Of a stretch of 32,702 bases of DNA, positions 15,533 to 23,297 are shown piece after piece. Position 1 is the first letter of the stretch, and every line of letters starts with the position of its first letter. Under the pieces are notes generated by a model that ran no database searches, was not told the origin of the DNA, and saw only the letters and a program-made list of their open reading frames with translations. Source of the stretch: a virus (taxonomy: Duplodnaviria > Caudoviricetes); the IMG/VR virus record IMGVR_UViG_3300012347_000095, positions 1 through 32,702 of that record. One strand, written 5' to 3'. A program made the translations under genes and the position numbers.

Positions 15533-18500
15533 TTACTTGCAATTGATTTTGATGAGGCCGTCTTCTTCGAGTTGGCCAACGATGTCGTAGAAGTTCTCTT
15601 CGACTTTTTTGATTTCCGCGCTGAGCGGGTTATTTTCCACCTGCTCTTGCACGCGGGTAAGCTTCAGGCCACGAGCACCACGAAGGTCCGTGAACAACTT
15701 GGTCAACGAGAGTTGTAGTTGCTCAGATCCAGCCCGTCCTTGAACGCTGCCTTGAACTCCTCGTCGAACTGCTTCGCCACCAAGTCCCGCTTGATCACTT
15801 CCTCGGGCGTCAGGATACGAGGCGGTTGTGGCTCGATATACGGCCTCCCCAATTCGTCCTTCTTGAAATTCACTTTCTGTTGCATTTTGTAACCTCTCTT
15901 TCAGTCCTGATTGTATCACAGGTGTGATGTCTCTCAGGTTTGCAATCTTTGCATTACCTTGTCCACGTGAGTTGTCGACCACGATCAACTTAAACATTGG
16001 GTTGTCACCGAACTCTTCTTGTAGTTTTCTTACAACAGAGCTTGAGCCAGCGTGACCCTTGACCAATGCGTCAATGGTAACGGTGCGACCCATGCGTTCT
16101 GCTCGGGTAAGCACGCCGTTACGCATAGCTTCAACAGGCTCTCGATAGACATAGACAATGCGCACTTTGTTGCCAGCCTTGAGCGCCGACTCCACATTAC
16201 GCTTGGCCTTGTCGTAGCTGGAAAGTGTCCCGTCCAAAACGGTGTGAGCCTTGTTAAGCATGTTGCCTACCAACTCGTTGGCTGTAGACTTGCCAGCGCC
16301 GCCACCGCCAGCCATGAATGCAACGATGCCAGCGTCGTTGTTTGCAATTCGACTTTCAAACATTGCTTGCGTCAAGAAGCTAGAAGCCTCGTGCACTTCA
16401 GCCGCACGTGAGCGATCAGCACGGTACTCGGGTGACAGCTCGCGCACCATGTCGGTATCCAAGATGCGACCGCCGTCTGTGCCTTTGAGGTTCTCGTACT
16501 CGCCAATGACCTGCTCAATGTCTGCATTGATGCGCTCTTGAAGGGCGTCGCCAATGTTGGTTTCAGCACGCTTGCTGAACATGAACGTGGAGCCAGCCTT
16601 CTCAAACACTGCGTTAGCGTCATCGGCTTCTGACTTGGCCACACGGGCTGCGCCAAACTCCAACTTGAATGAAGGGGCTGCGGTGTTGAGTTGCGGGCGC
16701 ACCTTGATGATGTCCATCATCTCGCGCTCGGTAGGCTTGCGCACCAAGTCGTTGCCAGATTCTTGAGTGCTTATTTTTTGAGCAACCATCTGCGGCTTGC
16801 GCTGCACCATGGTCTGCTCTGACGACTTGCCCACGGCCTTGACTGGCACATCAGAGTTGAGTACCACGGCCGTGCCTTGGGCGCGATTGATGTAGCCACG
16901 GAAGCCAGCGTCAAGAACGCCAGACTCGAACGCGTTAGGTTCAGCAGAAAGCTTCAGCGTCCCAAGAGATGGGTCATACAGATTGCTTAGGTTTGCGGTG
17001 TAGACATTGGTGCCCAAGCCAATCTCTGGTTGGGGAATGCCACCCTCCATGGGGAGGTAGAAGTAGACGCGGCGCTTGATGCGTGGGTCAACGCCAGCGC
17101 CAGACAGGCGCGCTTGCTCCGCGCCCTTGATGCCAGAACCAAAGCTGGTTCCAGACAGTACGCTTAGCCCTGCGCTTCGTCCGTAGTGGATGGCGCCTTC
17201 GACCTTGACTGCATCGCCCTGATCGCGCCCAATGCTGGATCTTCCGATAGGTTCTGGAGATCCTGCACGCTTGCTGAATTGGACGCCGCCGAGGGATTGC
17301 TTGAGCTTGGCGACTTCGGCTGGGTCGAGTCCGAGGTTTCGGATGTCGCCATCGCTGAGGCTGGCAAGCTCTTGGATGCTGTCGTAAGCTCGTCGGACCA
17401 CAGGTGCTGCGTTACCAGCTCCTTGATCCCCTCGAGCCTGTCCACTGTCAGCGCCTCGACCCCGTCCTTGTTTAGCACGCGATTGATTGCGTTGTCCGTG
17501 AGCGTCCGCTGTTGGGGCGCCATTGAATCTAGCAGATCCAACGGAAACACTTGTCTCACCCTCGCGTACATATCTTTCAATTGACGTTGCTCGTTCATCA
17601 TCATTACCTTTCCACTTCATGACCACCACATCTGGGTAGCCATCGGATTCTTTCCACCCACCGTCTGCCCAAAACTTTTTCAGGTCAGCTATTTGGTTGG
17701 CGTCGTAAAAGCTTTCGTCGAATGGGATTGAACCAATCGTCTCGAAGCCGAATTGGCTATACATCTCTGGCAAGAATCCATCAGGGAAGCGCTTGCTCTT
17801 GACGGCGAACGCATCCAAGATGGTCGCACCTTCTTGTATAGCTTTTGTGATGATAGCAGGAATTCCAACACCTTGCGCACCAACCTCGTTGTTGGTCACC
17901 GACACGACCTCGACCTCGTTATCCGAGACGCCGTCGATCATGTCCTTGTACCAAGGCGCGCCGCGCTTGAGGCCAAAGAAAACTTGGATGCCCTTGTCGC
18001 CACCTTGCTTGCCGAGTTGGTAGACGCTGAAGGACTTGTCCTTGATGCCAGCCTTGACTTGGTCGGGCGTGTACATGGTGAGCGCGGCAGCACCTTCGTT
18101 CGCGGCAAGTGCGTCGACGAACTCTTGCACAGACACACCGCCCTCGGCCTTGGTCTTGCCAGACACGAGCCAATTGTCGTTAGCCAAGGCGAGTGAAGCC
18201 TCGGCCTGTCGTGCAGATTTGATGGCCTTGTAGCCGCCCTCTGACACGGATGCCGCGATCTCTGGCGTGATCTCTTGCACGGGCAGCACGCGATCGAATG
18301 CGTACCATGCACCAGCCTCTTTGTTGCCAAGCGTGGGGACTTTGTTTTCGAAGTAGTCGCGGTAGATCAACTCATAGTTGATACCCTTGGCGAGCTTGCC
18401 GACCACCTTGCCACGAAGGCCAAGCGGGTAGGAGGGGTGCATCTTCGTGCCCTCTTCACCAAGCTTGATGGTGGGGTTTTGTTTGTCGACCTCGATGACC

Positions 18501-21500
18501 AACATGGCGTCGCCTTGACGATAGCCTGCATACTCTTGATCGATGGTCTCGCGACGGAAGCGATCGAGGTTTGGCAGACCGTGGATCTGCGCCTCTTTCT
18601 TTTCCAAGATCTTAGCCAACGCACCGCGTTGATCAAACGACAAGCCATCGATGTACTCGATGATGTTGGGTGACTCAAAGCCAACGAAATCTGGCAGTGA
18701 GTTTTTATTTGCGGGTGAGCGAACAATCTCGTCCAACGCGCGCAAGTTTTCAACGCTGATTCGCTTGTCCTTGAGGTACGCCTCAACGGTTTGAATGTAC
18801 GCCTGAGAGATGGTTGCGTTTGTCAAATGGCTGTTGCCATTCATGGCGTGCACAAGGATGTAGTCGCTGTTGTTGACCACGTTCATGATCTTGGTCAGCG
18901 TTGCGCCACCACGCACAGCCCACACCACATTGCTCGCTACGTTCGCAGGCAGAGCCACAAAGTTTGGACCACCCATCATCTCGATGGGGAACTCGAGTTG
19001 GCTGCCGTCGATACCTGTGTAGCTCACGCCAGCGTCGGTCAAGTCGGCCTTGATACCCATGACTCGCTTGCCCACCAAGTCCTTGATCTCAATCGTTGGC
19101 AGCTTCACCAAGTCGCGCGAGCGCGCAGAGTACATGACGCCATCGATGACGGCCTCTTCTTTTGCGACTGGGCCAACTGTTGGTGCAGCCTTCTTAGGTT
19201 CAGCGGTGGTGTCCTTCTCGTTGATTGCCTCAGCGTAGGCTGTGGTCAACAAGTCGCGCGCCTTCTCCACGTCTTTGATGTACTTGGTGACGAAGTCATT
19301 GCCGTACTCTTTGCGTGCACCAGTGAGGATGTCATTGAGCTTGGCCAAGATCTGCTTCGCAACCTCGGCAAAATCTTTGTTGCCCATCTTCGTGCGCAAC
19401 TGCTCCCAAAAGTCAGCGCGCTTTGAGATCGCCTGCACCATGAAGGCGGGGATCTCTTCGTCGAGCTTGTCTTCTGTGTAGTTGAACTCGCGAGCAAACT
19501 CGCCACGCATCTCTTCTTTGAACAAAGAGTTGAGCGCAGCATTCAGCTTGGCGCGAGTCTCTTGCGGCAGACCGTGGTGAGCCTCATGCATTACCACAAA
19601 CAGCGGCGAATCTTCAGTGTCGTCGGCAACAAAAATGTTGTCACCACCAAGGCGATCGATCAAGCCATTTGGCATGGCCGATTGATTGCCTGACTCGTAG
19701 CGCATGACGGTGAGCGTCTTGCCCAACAGCTTGGCCACGGCACTGGCCACCTTGTGAGACTCGTTCATCTCAGCCTGTGGCACTGCGGAAATCTCGACGT
19801 TGTCCTTGATCAACTCTTTGCGAACTGAGCTGATGACGCGCATCGATGCGGCAGGCGCCAGCTTCAGCTCGGTAGGTTGAGCACCTTGCACATCGGGCGC
19901 AACGGCGCCTGTTGTTGGGGCGACTGCGGCTCCAATGGTAGGTGCTTGCTGTCCTTCTTGCGCTGCTTGGATGGCTTGAGTGGTTTGAGTGCCAAGGGTT
20001 GTCTCCTGTGGGGTTGCGGTTTGATAGCCAGCAAGACGGAACTTGCCAGTGGGTAATGGTTCGACCGTCCATTGGAGGTCGGGGAACATGCGTTGGCGAC
20101 CAGCCAAAGCCTGCTCAGCGTCAGGCTTTGTGAGGTATCCATCGCCGCGTCGACCGTACCACTCTTGGGTCAGAGTGGTAGGCTGTTGGCCGTTGACCGC
20201 TCCAGCAGCAGCAACCTGTCCACCGCCGAGTTGAGCTGCGGTGGTAGCAGCAGCCACTCCCCCTGTTGGGCCAGTGACGCTAGATTCTGTAGCGCCCACG
20301 CCTCCGCTAAGCTCAACGCCTGCGCCTGCACCGCTAGGTACATTCGTGGTTCCAACTGCGCTTGGTACGCCGACATTGGTTGTCCCCAATCGTAGTTTGT
20401 CGAGACCGAACTGCTGCTCGATCTCTGGGTTGATTTGCACCTCTGCCAACGGCGTGACAGCAGGGGTTGCCACGGGCACGGGCACAACGACATCCACCAA
20501 GCCTGCAGCCTTTGTGGGGCTGTCGGCTGGGGTGAAGTTGGTGAGTTGGGTAACGGGGCGCTGAGGCGTAAGGAAACCGCGATCGCGGGCCATTTGCTCA
20601 GCGGTTGATACCTCGGGTGCGGCAGGCTGAATTGGCTGCTCGTTGGCCCCGCTAAGGGTTGCGGCGACCTGCGGCGTTGTCATCATGGCGCCAGTCAAGC
20701 CGCCGACAACACCAGCCTCAGCCAATCCCTTGTTGAGTTCGATGTCCTTGCCCTGCAAATACTTGTCGAGCACGTTGCCGCCAAACTGTGCGGTCGTCTC
20801 CTCGATGGCATTGGTCAAGGTGTTGGCAGTGACCTGCGTGCCAGCCTGAAGCAGTCGCTGCCCAGCCAGTGCCAAGATCGCATTCTGCTTGGGCACAGGC
20901 ATGCCTTTAAACATGTCGCCCACTTTGTCGAACACGCCAAGCGGTAGCTTCTCTGTGCCGTACTCGATCGCGCCCTTCATCATGGCGATGCGCGAGTCAT
21001 CACCCTGCGCAAAGCTTTGGCCAGCGGCGGTGGTGGACATGCCAAGCAACATGCCCGCACGAAGCGGCGGCACGAATGCGGCGATCAATTGTTGTGCGAC
21101 CTGCGGCGAGTTTGCTGCCAACTTGGACATCAGCCATGGCGCCATCTCGTCACGGTTCCACGCACCAGCCATGGACTTCTTGCCAATGGCAGGGGTGAAG
21201 TCGCTCGCGGCCTTGGCCAAATACTCAGTGCCGAACATGTTGCCGACGCGCTGCATTGGCGTGAAGCCTGCGACTTGGAGGAACGGATCAATGACGGTCT
21301 TGTTGAAGACGTCGGCCGCCACAGTGGGGGTGTTGATGACGCCAGACAACATGCCTGCGGCGCCAGCTGCCGCACTGCCAAGCAGTGGGTTCTCTTCAGC
21401 GAATTGCTGACGACTGATCTGCCTAGCCAGCTCAGCTTCACGCTCTGGGTTGCGTGAGATCTCAGCGAATGTGGGGGTGTTCTGCGCAGCCAAGCCTTCG

Positions 21501-21817
21501 GCTGCTTTTTGGACTGGCAATGTGGCTGGCTCTTTGAGCATGCCACTGCGCAAGAGATCAGCCTTGGCGGCTGTCTCTTTGCTGATTGGACCAGCACCCA
21601 ACGACAAGCGTTGGTTGACGTTAGCCTGCTCTTGTTGTGGCGTTGGGGCCTGAGTCTCGAGCACGCTCTTGTACTCGGGCGCCACCACATCTTTGATGCG
21701 CTGGATGATGCCGCGCTCAGGTTCTACAAGCTTTTCGGTAGGGGCATCAAGCTCACCGCTAAACTCAACGAATCCTGTGGGCTTGTCAAGCTCGCCACTA
21801 AATTCTTCAAACGCCAT
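15533..21817 (-). CDS. giant polyvalent virion protein (HExxH peptidase, GNAT, ART-like, zeta-toxin-like kinase)
   Basis: 2094 aa; HEAHH at 19574-19588; LDAF..LP..Y..FGF at ~17607-18140; HY...YFY...NLYD...GFRGY at ~16850-17205; GGGGAGKS at ~16286-16309. Confidence 0.8.
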   Translation of the reverse strand: MAFEEFSGELDKPTGFVEFSGELDAPTEKLVEPERGIIQRIKDVVAPEYKSVLETQAPTPQQEQANVNQRLSLGAGPISKETAAKADLLRSGMLKEPATLPVQKAAEGLAAQNTPTFAEISRNPEREAELARQISRQQFAEENPLLGSAAAGAAGMLSGVINTPTVAADVFNKTVIDPFLQVAGFTPMQRVGNMFGTEYLAKAASDFTPAIGKKSMAGAWNRDEMAPWLMSKLAANSPQVAQQLIAAFVPPLRAGMLLGMSTTAAGQSFAQGDDSRIAMMKGAIEYGTEKLPLGVFDKVGDMFKGMPVPKQNAILALAGQRLLQAGTQVTANTLTNAIEETTAQFGGNVLDKYLQGKDIELNKGLAEAGVVGGLTGAMMTTPQVAATLSGANEQPIQPAAPEVSTAEQMARDRGFLTPQRPVTQLTNFTPADSPTKAAGLVDVVVPVPVATPAVTPLAEVQINPEIEQQFGLDKLRLGTTNVGVPSAVGTTNVPSGAGAGVELSGGVGATESSVTGPTGGVAAATTAAQLGGGQVAAAGAVNGQQPTTLTQEWYGRRGDGYLTKPDAEQALAGRQRMFPDLQWTVEPLPTGKFRLAGYQTATPQETTLGTQTTQAIQAAQEGQQAPTIGAAVAPTTGAVAPDVQGAQPTELKLAPAASMRVISSVRKELIKDNVEISAVPQAEMNESHKVASAVAKLLGKTLTVMRYESGNQSAMPNGLIDRLGGDNIFVADDTEDSPLFVVMHEAHHGLPQETRAKLNAALNSLFKEEMRGEFAREFNYTEDKLDEEIPAFMVQAISKRADFWEQLRTKMGNKDFAEVAKQILAKLNDILTGARKEYGNDFVTKYIKDVEKARDLLTTAYAEAINEKDTTAEPKKAAPTVGPVAKEEAVIDGVMYSARSRDLVKLPTIEIKDLVGKRVMGIKADLTDAGVSYTGIDGSQLEFPIEMMGGPNFVALPANVASNVVWAVRGGATLTKIMNVVNNSDYILVHAMNGNSHLTNATISQAYIQTVEAYLKDKRISVENLRALDEIVRSPANKNSLPDFVGFESPNIIEYIDGLSFDQRGALAKILEKKEAQIHGLPNLDRFRRETIDQEYAGYRQGDAMLVIEVDKQNPTIKLGEEGTKMHPSYPLGLRGKVVGKLAKGINYELIYRDYFENKVPTLGNKEAGAWYAFDRVLPVQEITPEIAASVSEGGYKAIKSARQAEASLALANDNWLVSGKTKAEGGVSVQEFVDALAANEGAAALTMYTPDQVKAGIKDKSFSVYQLGKQGGDKGIQVFFGLKRGAPWYKDMIDGVSDNEVEVVSVTNNEVGAQGVGIPAIITKAIQEGATILDAFAVKSKRFPDGFLPEMYSQFGFETIGSIPFDESFYDANQIADLKKFWADGGWKESDGYPDVVVMKWKGNDDERATSIERYVREGETSVSVGSARFNGAPTADAHGQRNQSRAKQGRGRGADSGQARGDQGAGNAAPVVRRAYDSIQELASLSDGDIRNLGLDPAEVAKLKQSLGGVQFSKRAGSPEPIGRSSIGRDQGDAVKVEGAIHYGRSAGLSVLSGTSFGSGIKGAEQARLSGAGVDPRIKRRVYFYLPMEGGIPQPEIGLGTNVYTANLSNLYDPSLGTLKLSAEPNAFESGVLDAGFRGYINRAQGTAVVLNSDVPVKAVGKSSEQTMVQRKPQMVAQKISTQESGNDLVRKPTEREMMDIIKVRPQLNTAAPSFKLEFGAARVAKSEADDANAVFEKAGSTFMFSKRAETNIGDALQERINADIEQVIGEYENLKGTDGGRILDTDMVRELSPEYRADRSRAAEVHEASSFLTQAMFESRIANNDAGIVAFMAGGGGAGKSTANELVGNMLNKAHTVLDGTLSSYDKAKRNVESALKAGNKVRIVYVYREPVEAMRNGVLTRAERMGRTVTIDALVKGHAGSSSVVRKLQEEFGDNPMFKLIVVDNSRGQGNAKIANLRDITPVIQSGLKERLQNATESEFQEGRIGEAVYRATTASYPDARGSDQAGLGGEAVRRGVQGSVQGRAGSEQLQLSLTKLFTDLRGARGLKLTRVQEQVENNPLSAEIKKVEENFYDIVGQLEEDGLIKINCK
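15703..15885 (-). CDS. nested +1-frame ORF after the zeta-like domain (candidate antitoxin)
   Basis: 60 aa; GAGAGG SD 7 nt upstream; own promoter copy; charged, helical sequence. Confidence 0.7.
   Translation of the reverse strand: MQQKVNFKKDELGRPYIEPQPPRILTPEEVIKRDLVAKQFDEEFKAAFKDGLDLSNYNSR
15910..15931 (-). promoter_or_regulatory. intragenic copy of the early promoter
   Basis: GACATCACACCTGTGATACAAT; 19/22 identical to 1394-1415; last 12 nt identical to 1978-1989. Confidence 0.75.
17164..17598 (-). CDS. nested +1-frame ORF after the GNAT domain (candidate antitoxin)
   Basis: GGAAAGGTA-ATGATGATG start region; first ~70 aa look globular and helical while the host frame is an R/G/A-rich linker. 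Confidence 0.55.
   Translation of the reverse strand: MNEQRQLKDMYARVRQVFPLDLLDSMAPQQRTLTDNAINRVLNKDGVEALTVDRLEGIKELVTQHLWSDELTTASKSLPASAMATSETSDSTQPKSPSSSNPSAASNSASVQDLQNLSEDPALGAIRAMQSRSKAPSTTDEAQG
19864..19995 (-). CDS. nested +1-frame basic peptide
   Basis: AGGAG-N7-TTG; MALKPLKPSKQRKK... (43 aa). Confidence 0.3.
   Translation of the reverse strand: MALKPLKPSKQRKKDSKHLPLEPQSPQQQAPLRPMCKVLNLPS
20170..20376 (-). CDS. nested +1-frame ORF
   Basis: GGGGA-N7-ATG; 68 aa Leu-rich helical sequence under a G/A/T-rich host linker. Confidence 0.5.
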   Translation of the reverse strand: MSAYQAQLEPRMYLAVQAQALSLAEAWALQNLASLAQQGEWLLLPPQLNSAVDRLLLLERSTANSLPL

Positions 21818-21826
21818 AAGTAACCT

Positions 21827-22789
21827 TTATTTACCGATGAATTTTTTTCCGTCGGGTGTTTGATAAACAGGCTTGCCGCCACTTGTTCCAATTTGAACTG
21901 CGCCTTTTGGCAGATCTGGAATTGTGGGTGCAGCTGGTGTTGCATTATCCGCTGAATCCTTTGGCTTGCGCTTGTAGCCCTGCCATTCTTTGAGCGCGGT
22001 TTGGTACTCATCGAGATAGCCTTGGGTGTCGGTGTCAACCTTGCCCTGCTTTTTCAAGCGAGCAACTGTCTCAGGCACATCCTTCAGCGGCACACCCAAC
22101 TGCAGCGCCAACGCACGCTCGGCCGCCTTGGCTGTACGCTCAAGGTCAACACCAGTGATTGGCTTGTCTGCGCCAGCGTTCTTAGCCTTCGCATCCGAAG
22201 CGGCTTGACGTGCGGTGGCACCCTTCTCCATGATGTCGAGGCGACGATCCATTTGCTCGGAGCGGGTTTCCTCACGCTTCTCTTTATTCTCTTGGCTAAT
22301 CAAGGTGAGCGTATCACGCTTGGCCTTTGAGTAGGCGTCAACCATGGTGGCAGAAGCACCCACCTCGCGAGCGGCTTGCTCCTCTTCGGTGGCGCGACGC
22401 AGGCGTGGGTCCATCTTGTCCTCACCGATGAGGCCAGCCTTGCGGTAGACCTCGCGGTATTGAGGGTTCTCTTTGATCATCTTGAGAACTTCCTCTTTGG
22501 TGGCCACGGGCGAATCGCCCGCCACCTTAGAGCCAGCATCAACAACGGCAGCAGCCTCGCGCTTGAGCGGGGCCTCGTCTGCACGTCGAGAGATCTCAGT
22601 CGCTTGAGCCGCGCGCTTCTCTTCTTTCTGAGTCTCGAGCTGATCAGCCAAGCGGAGTTGGCGTTGTTCACGCTGAGCCTCGCGCTCTTGCTGCATCTCG
22701 AACTCAGCCAACTTTGACATGCCGCCACCGTAGGCGGCGCCTGCGTCAGCGATACCTTTTCCGATGCCAGCAAGAATAAGTCCAGCCAT
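21827..22789 (-). CDS. putative internal virion protein
   Basis: 320 aa; Gly/Ala N-terminus, coiled coil; GGAG SD. Confidence 0.75.
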   Translation of the reverse strand: MAGLILAGIGKGIADAGAAYGGGMSKLAEFEMQQEREAQREQRQLRLADQLETQKEEKRAAQATEISRRADEAPLKREAAAVVDAGSKVAGDSPVATKEEVLKMIKENPQYREVYRKAGLIGEDKMDPRLRRATEEEQAAREVGASATMVDAYSKAKRDTLTLISQENKEKREETRSEQMDRRLDIMEKGATARQAASDAKAKNAGADKPITGVDLERTAKAAERALALQLGVPLKDVPETVARLKKQGKVDTDTQGYLDEYQTALKEWQGYKRKPKDSADNATPAAPTIPDLPKGAVQIGTSGGKPVYQTPDGKKFIGK

Positions 22790-22791
22790 GA

Positions 22792-23286
22792 TTAGGCTCC
22801 TTGTGATTCTTCAAAAACTTTGGGGTCAATCTGACTCATGGCTTGGTCGAGCTGAGTCGTGTCCATGCCGTTCTCACCCAAGAAGCGCAGCAGCATTGTC
22901 TTGAATGCGCCAGCGATTTCAGCTGCGGTCACCTGAATGCCAGCAGCCTCGGCGATGTCACCAACTTCTGTCAACACCTTGATGGCCAACAGCATGATCA
23001 ACTCGTCTGGCACTTGGCCTTCGGTCTTCTCATCGATGACAGAGGTCATCTCGTAAGCGATGTCAGCGAGGCCCTGCACGGGGTCTTGCGCAGCACGCAT
23101 TTGATTGGCCACGTCTTGGGCTGCACCCTTTTGATACAGCGCCTCCATGGCTAGTTTCGTGGCAGCCAAGAACGCAGGGTTTTTCTCATCAGGCTCAGCG
23201 CCCTCTTGAGCTTCGCCCATCATTTGCTCTTCAGGCATCTGCTCGGCTGGGTTGCCAGCCATTTGTTTGTTGATCAATCCAGCCAT
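22792..23286 (-). CDS. hypothetical acidic virion-module protein
   Basis: 164 aa; AAGGA SD. Confidence 0.8.
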   Translation of the reverse strand: MAGLINKQMAGNPAEQMPEEQMMGEAQEGAEPDEKNPAFLAATKLAMEALYQKGAAQDVANQMRAAQDPVQGLADIAYEMTSVIDEKTEGQVPDELIMLLAIKVLTEVGDIAEAAGIQVTAAEIAGAFKTMLLRFLGENGMDTTQLDQAMSQIDPKVFEESQGA

Positions 23287-23297
23287 GATGTTTTCCT

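Noticed and set aside
15355-15579. ORF bridging the giant gene end and ferritin, a possible frameshift fusion
   Set aside because: Ser-rich shadow translation, no slippery site seen, and ferritin has its own SD
17689-19542. Other same-strand alternative-frame ORFs inside the giant gene (17938-18330, 18367-18786, 19246-19542)
   Set aside because: They overlap globular host-frame domains, translate to S/R/T-rich shadow sequence, and I saw no clear SD-start pair, unlike the four retained ORFs
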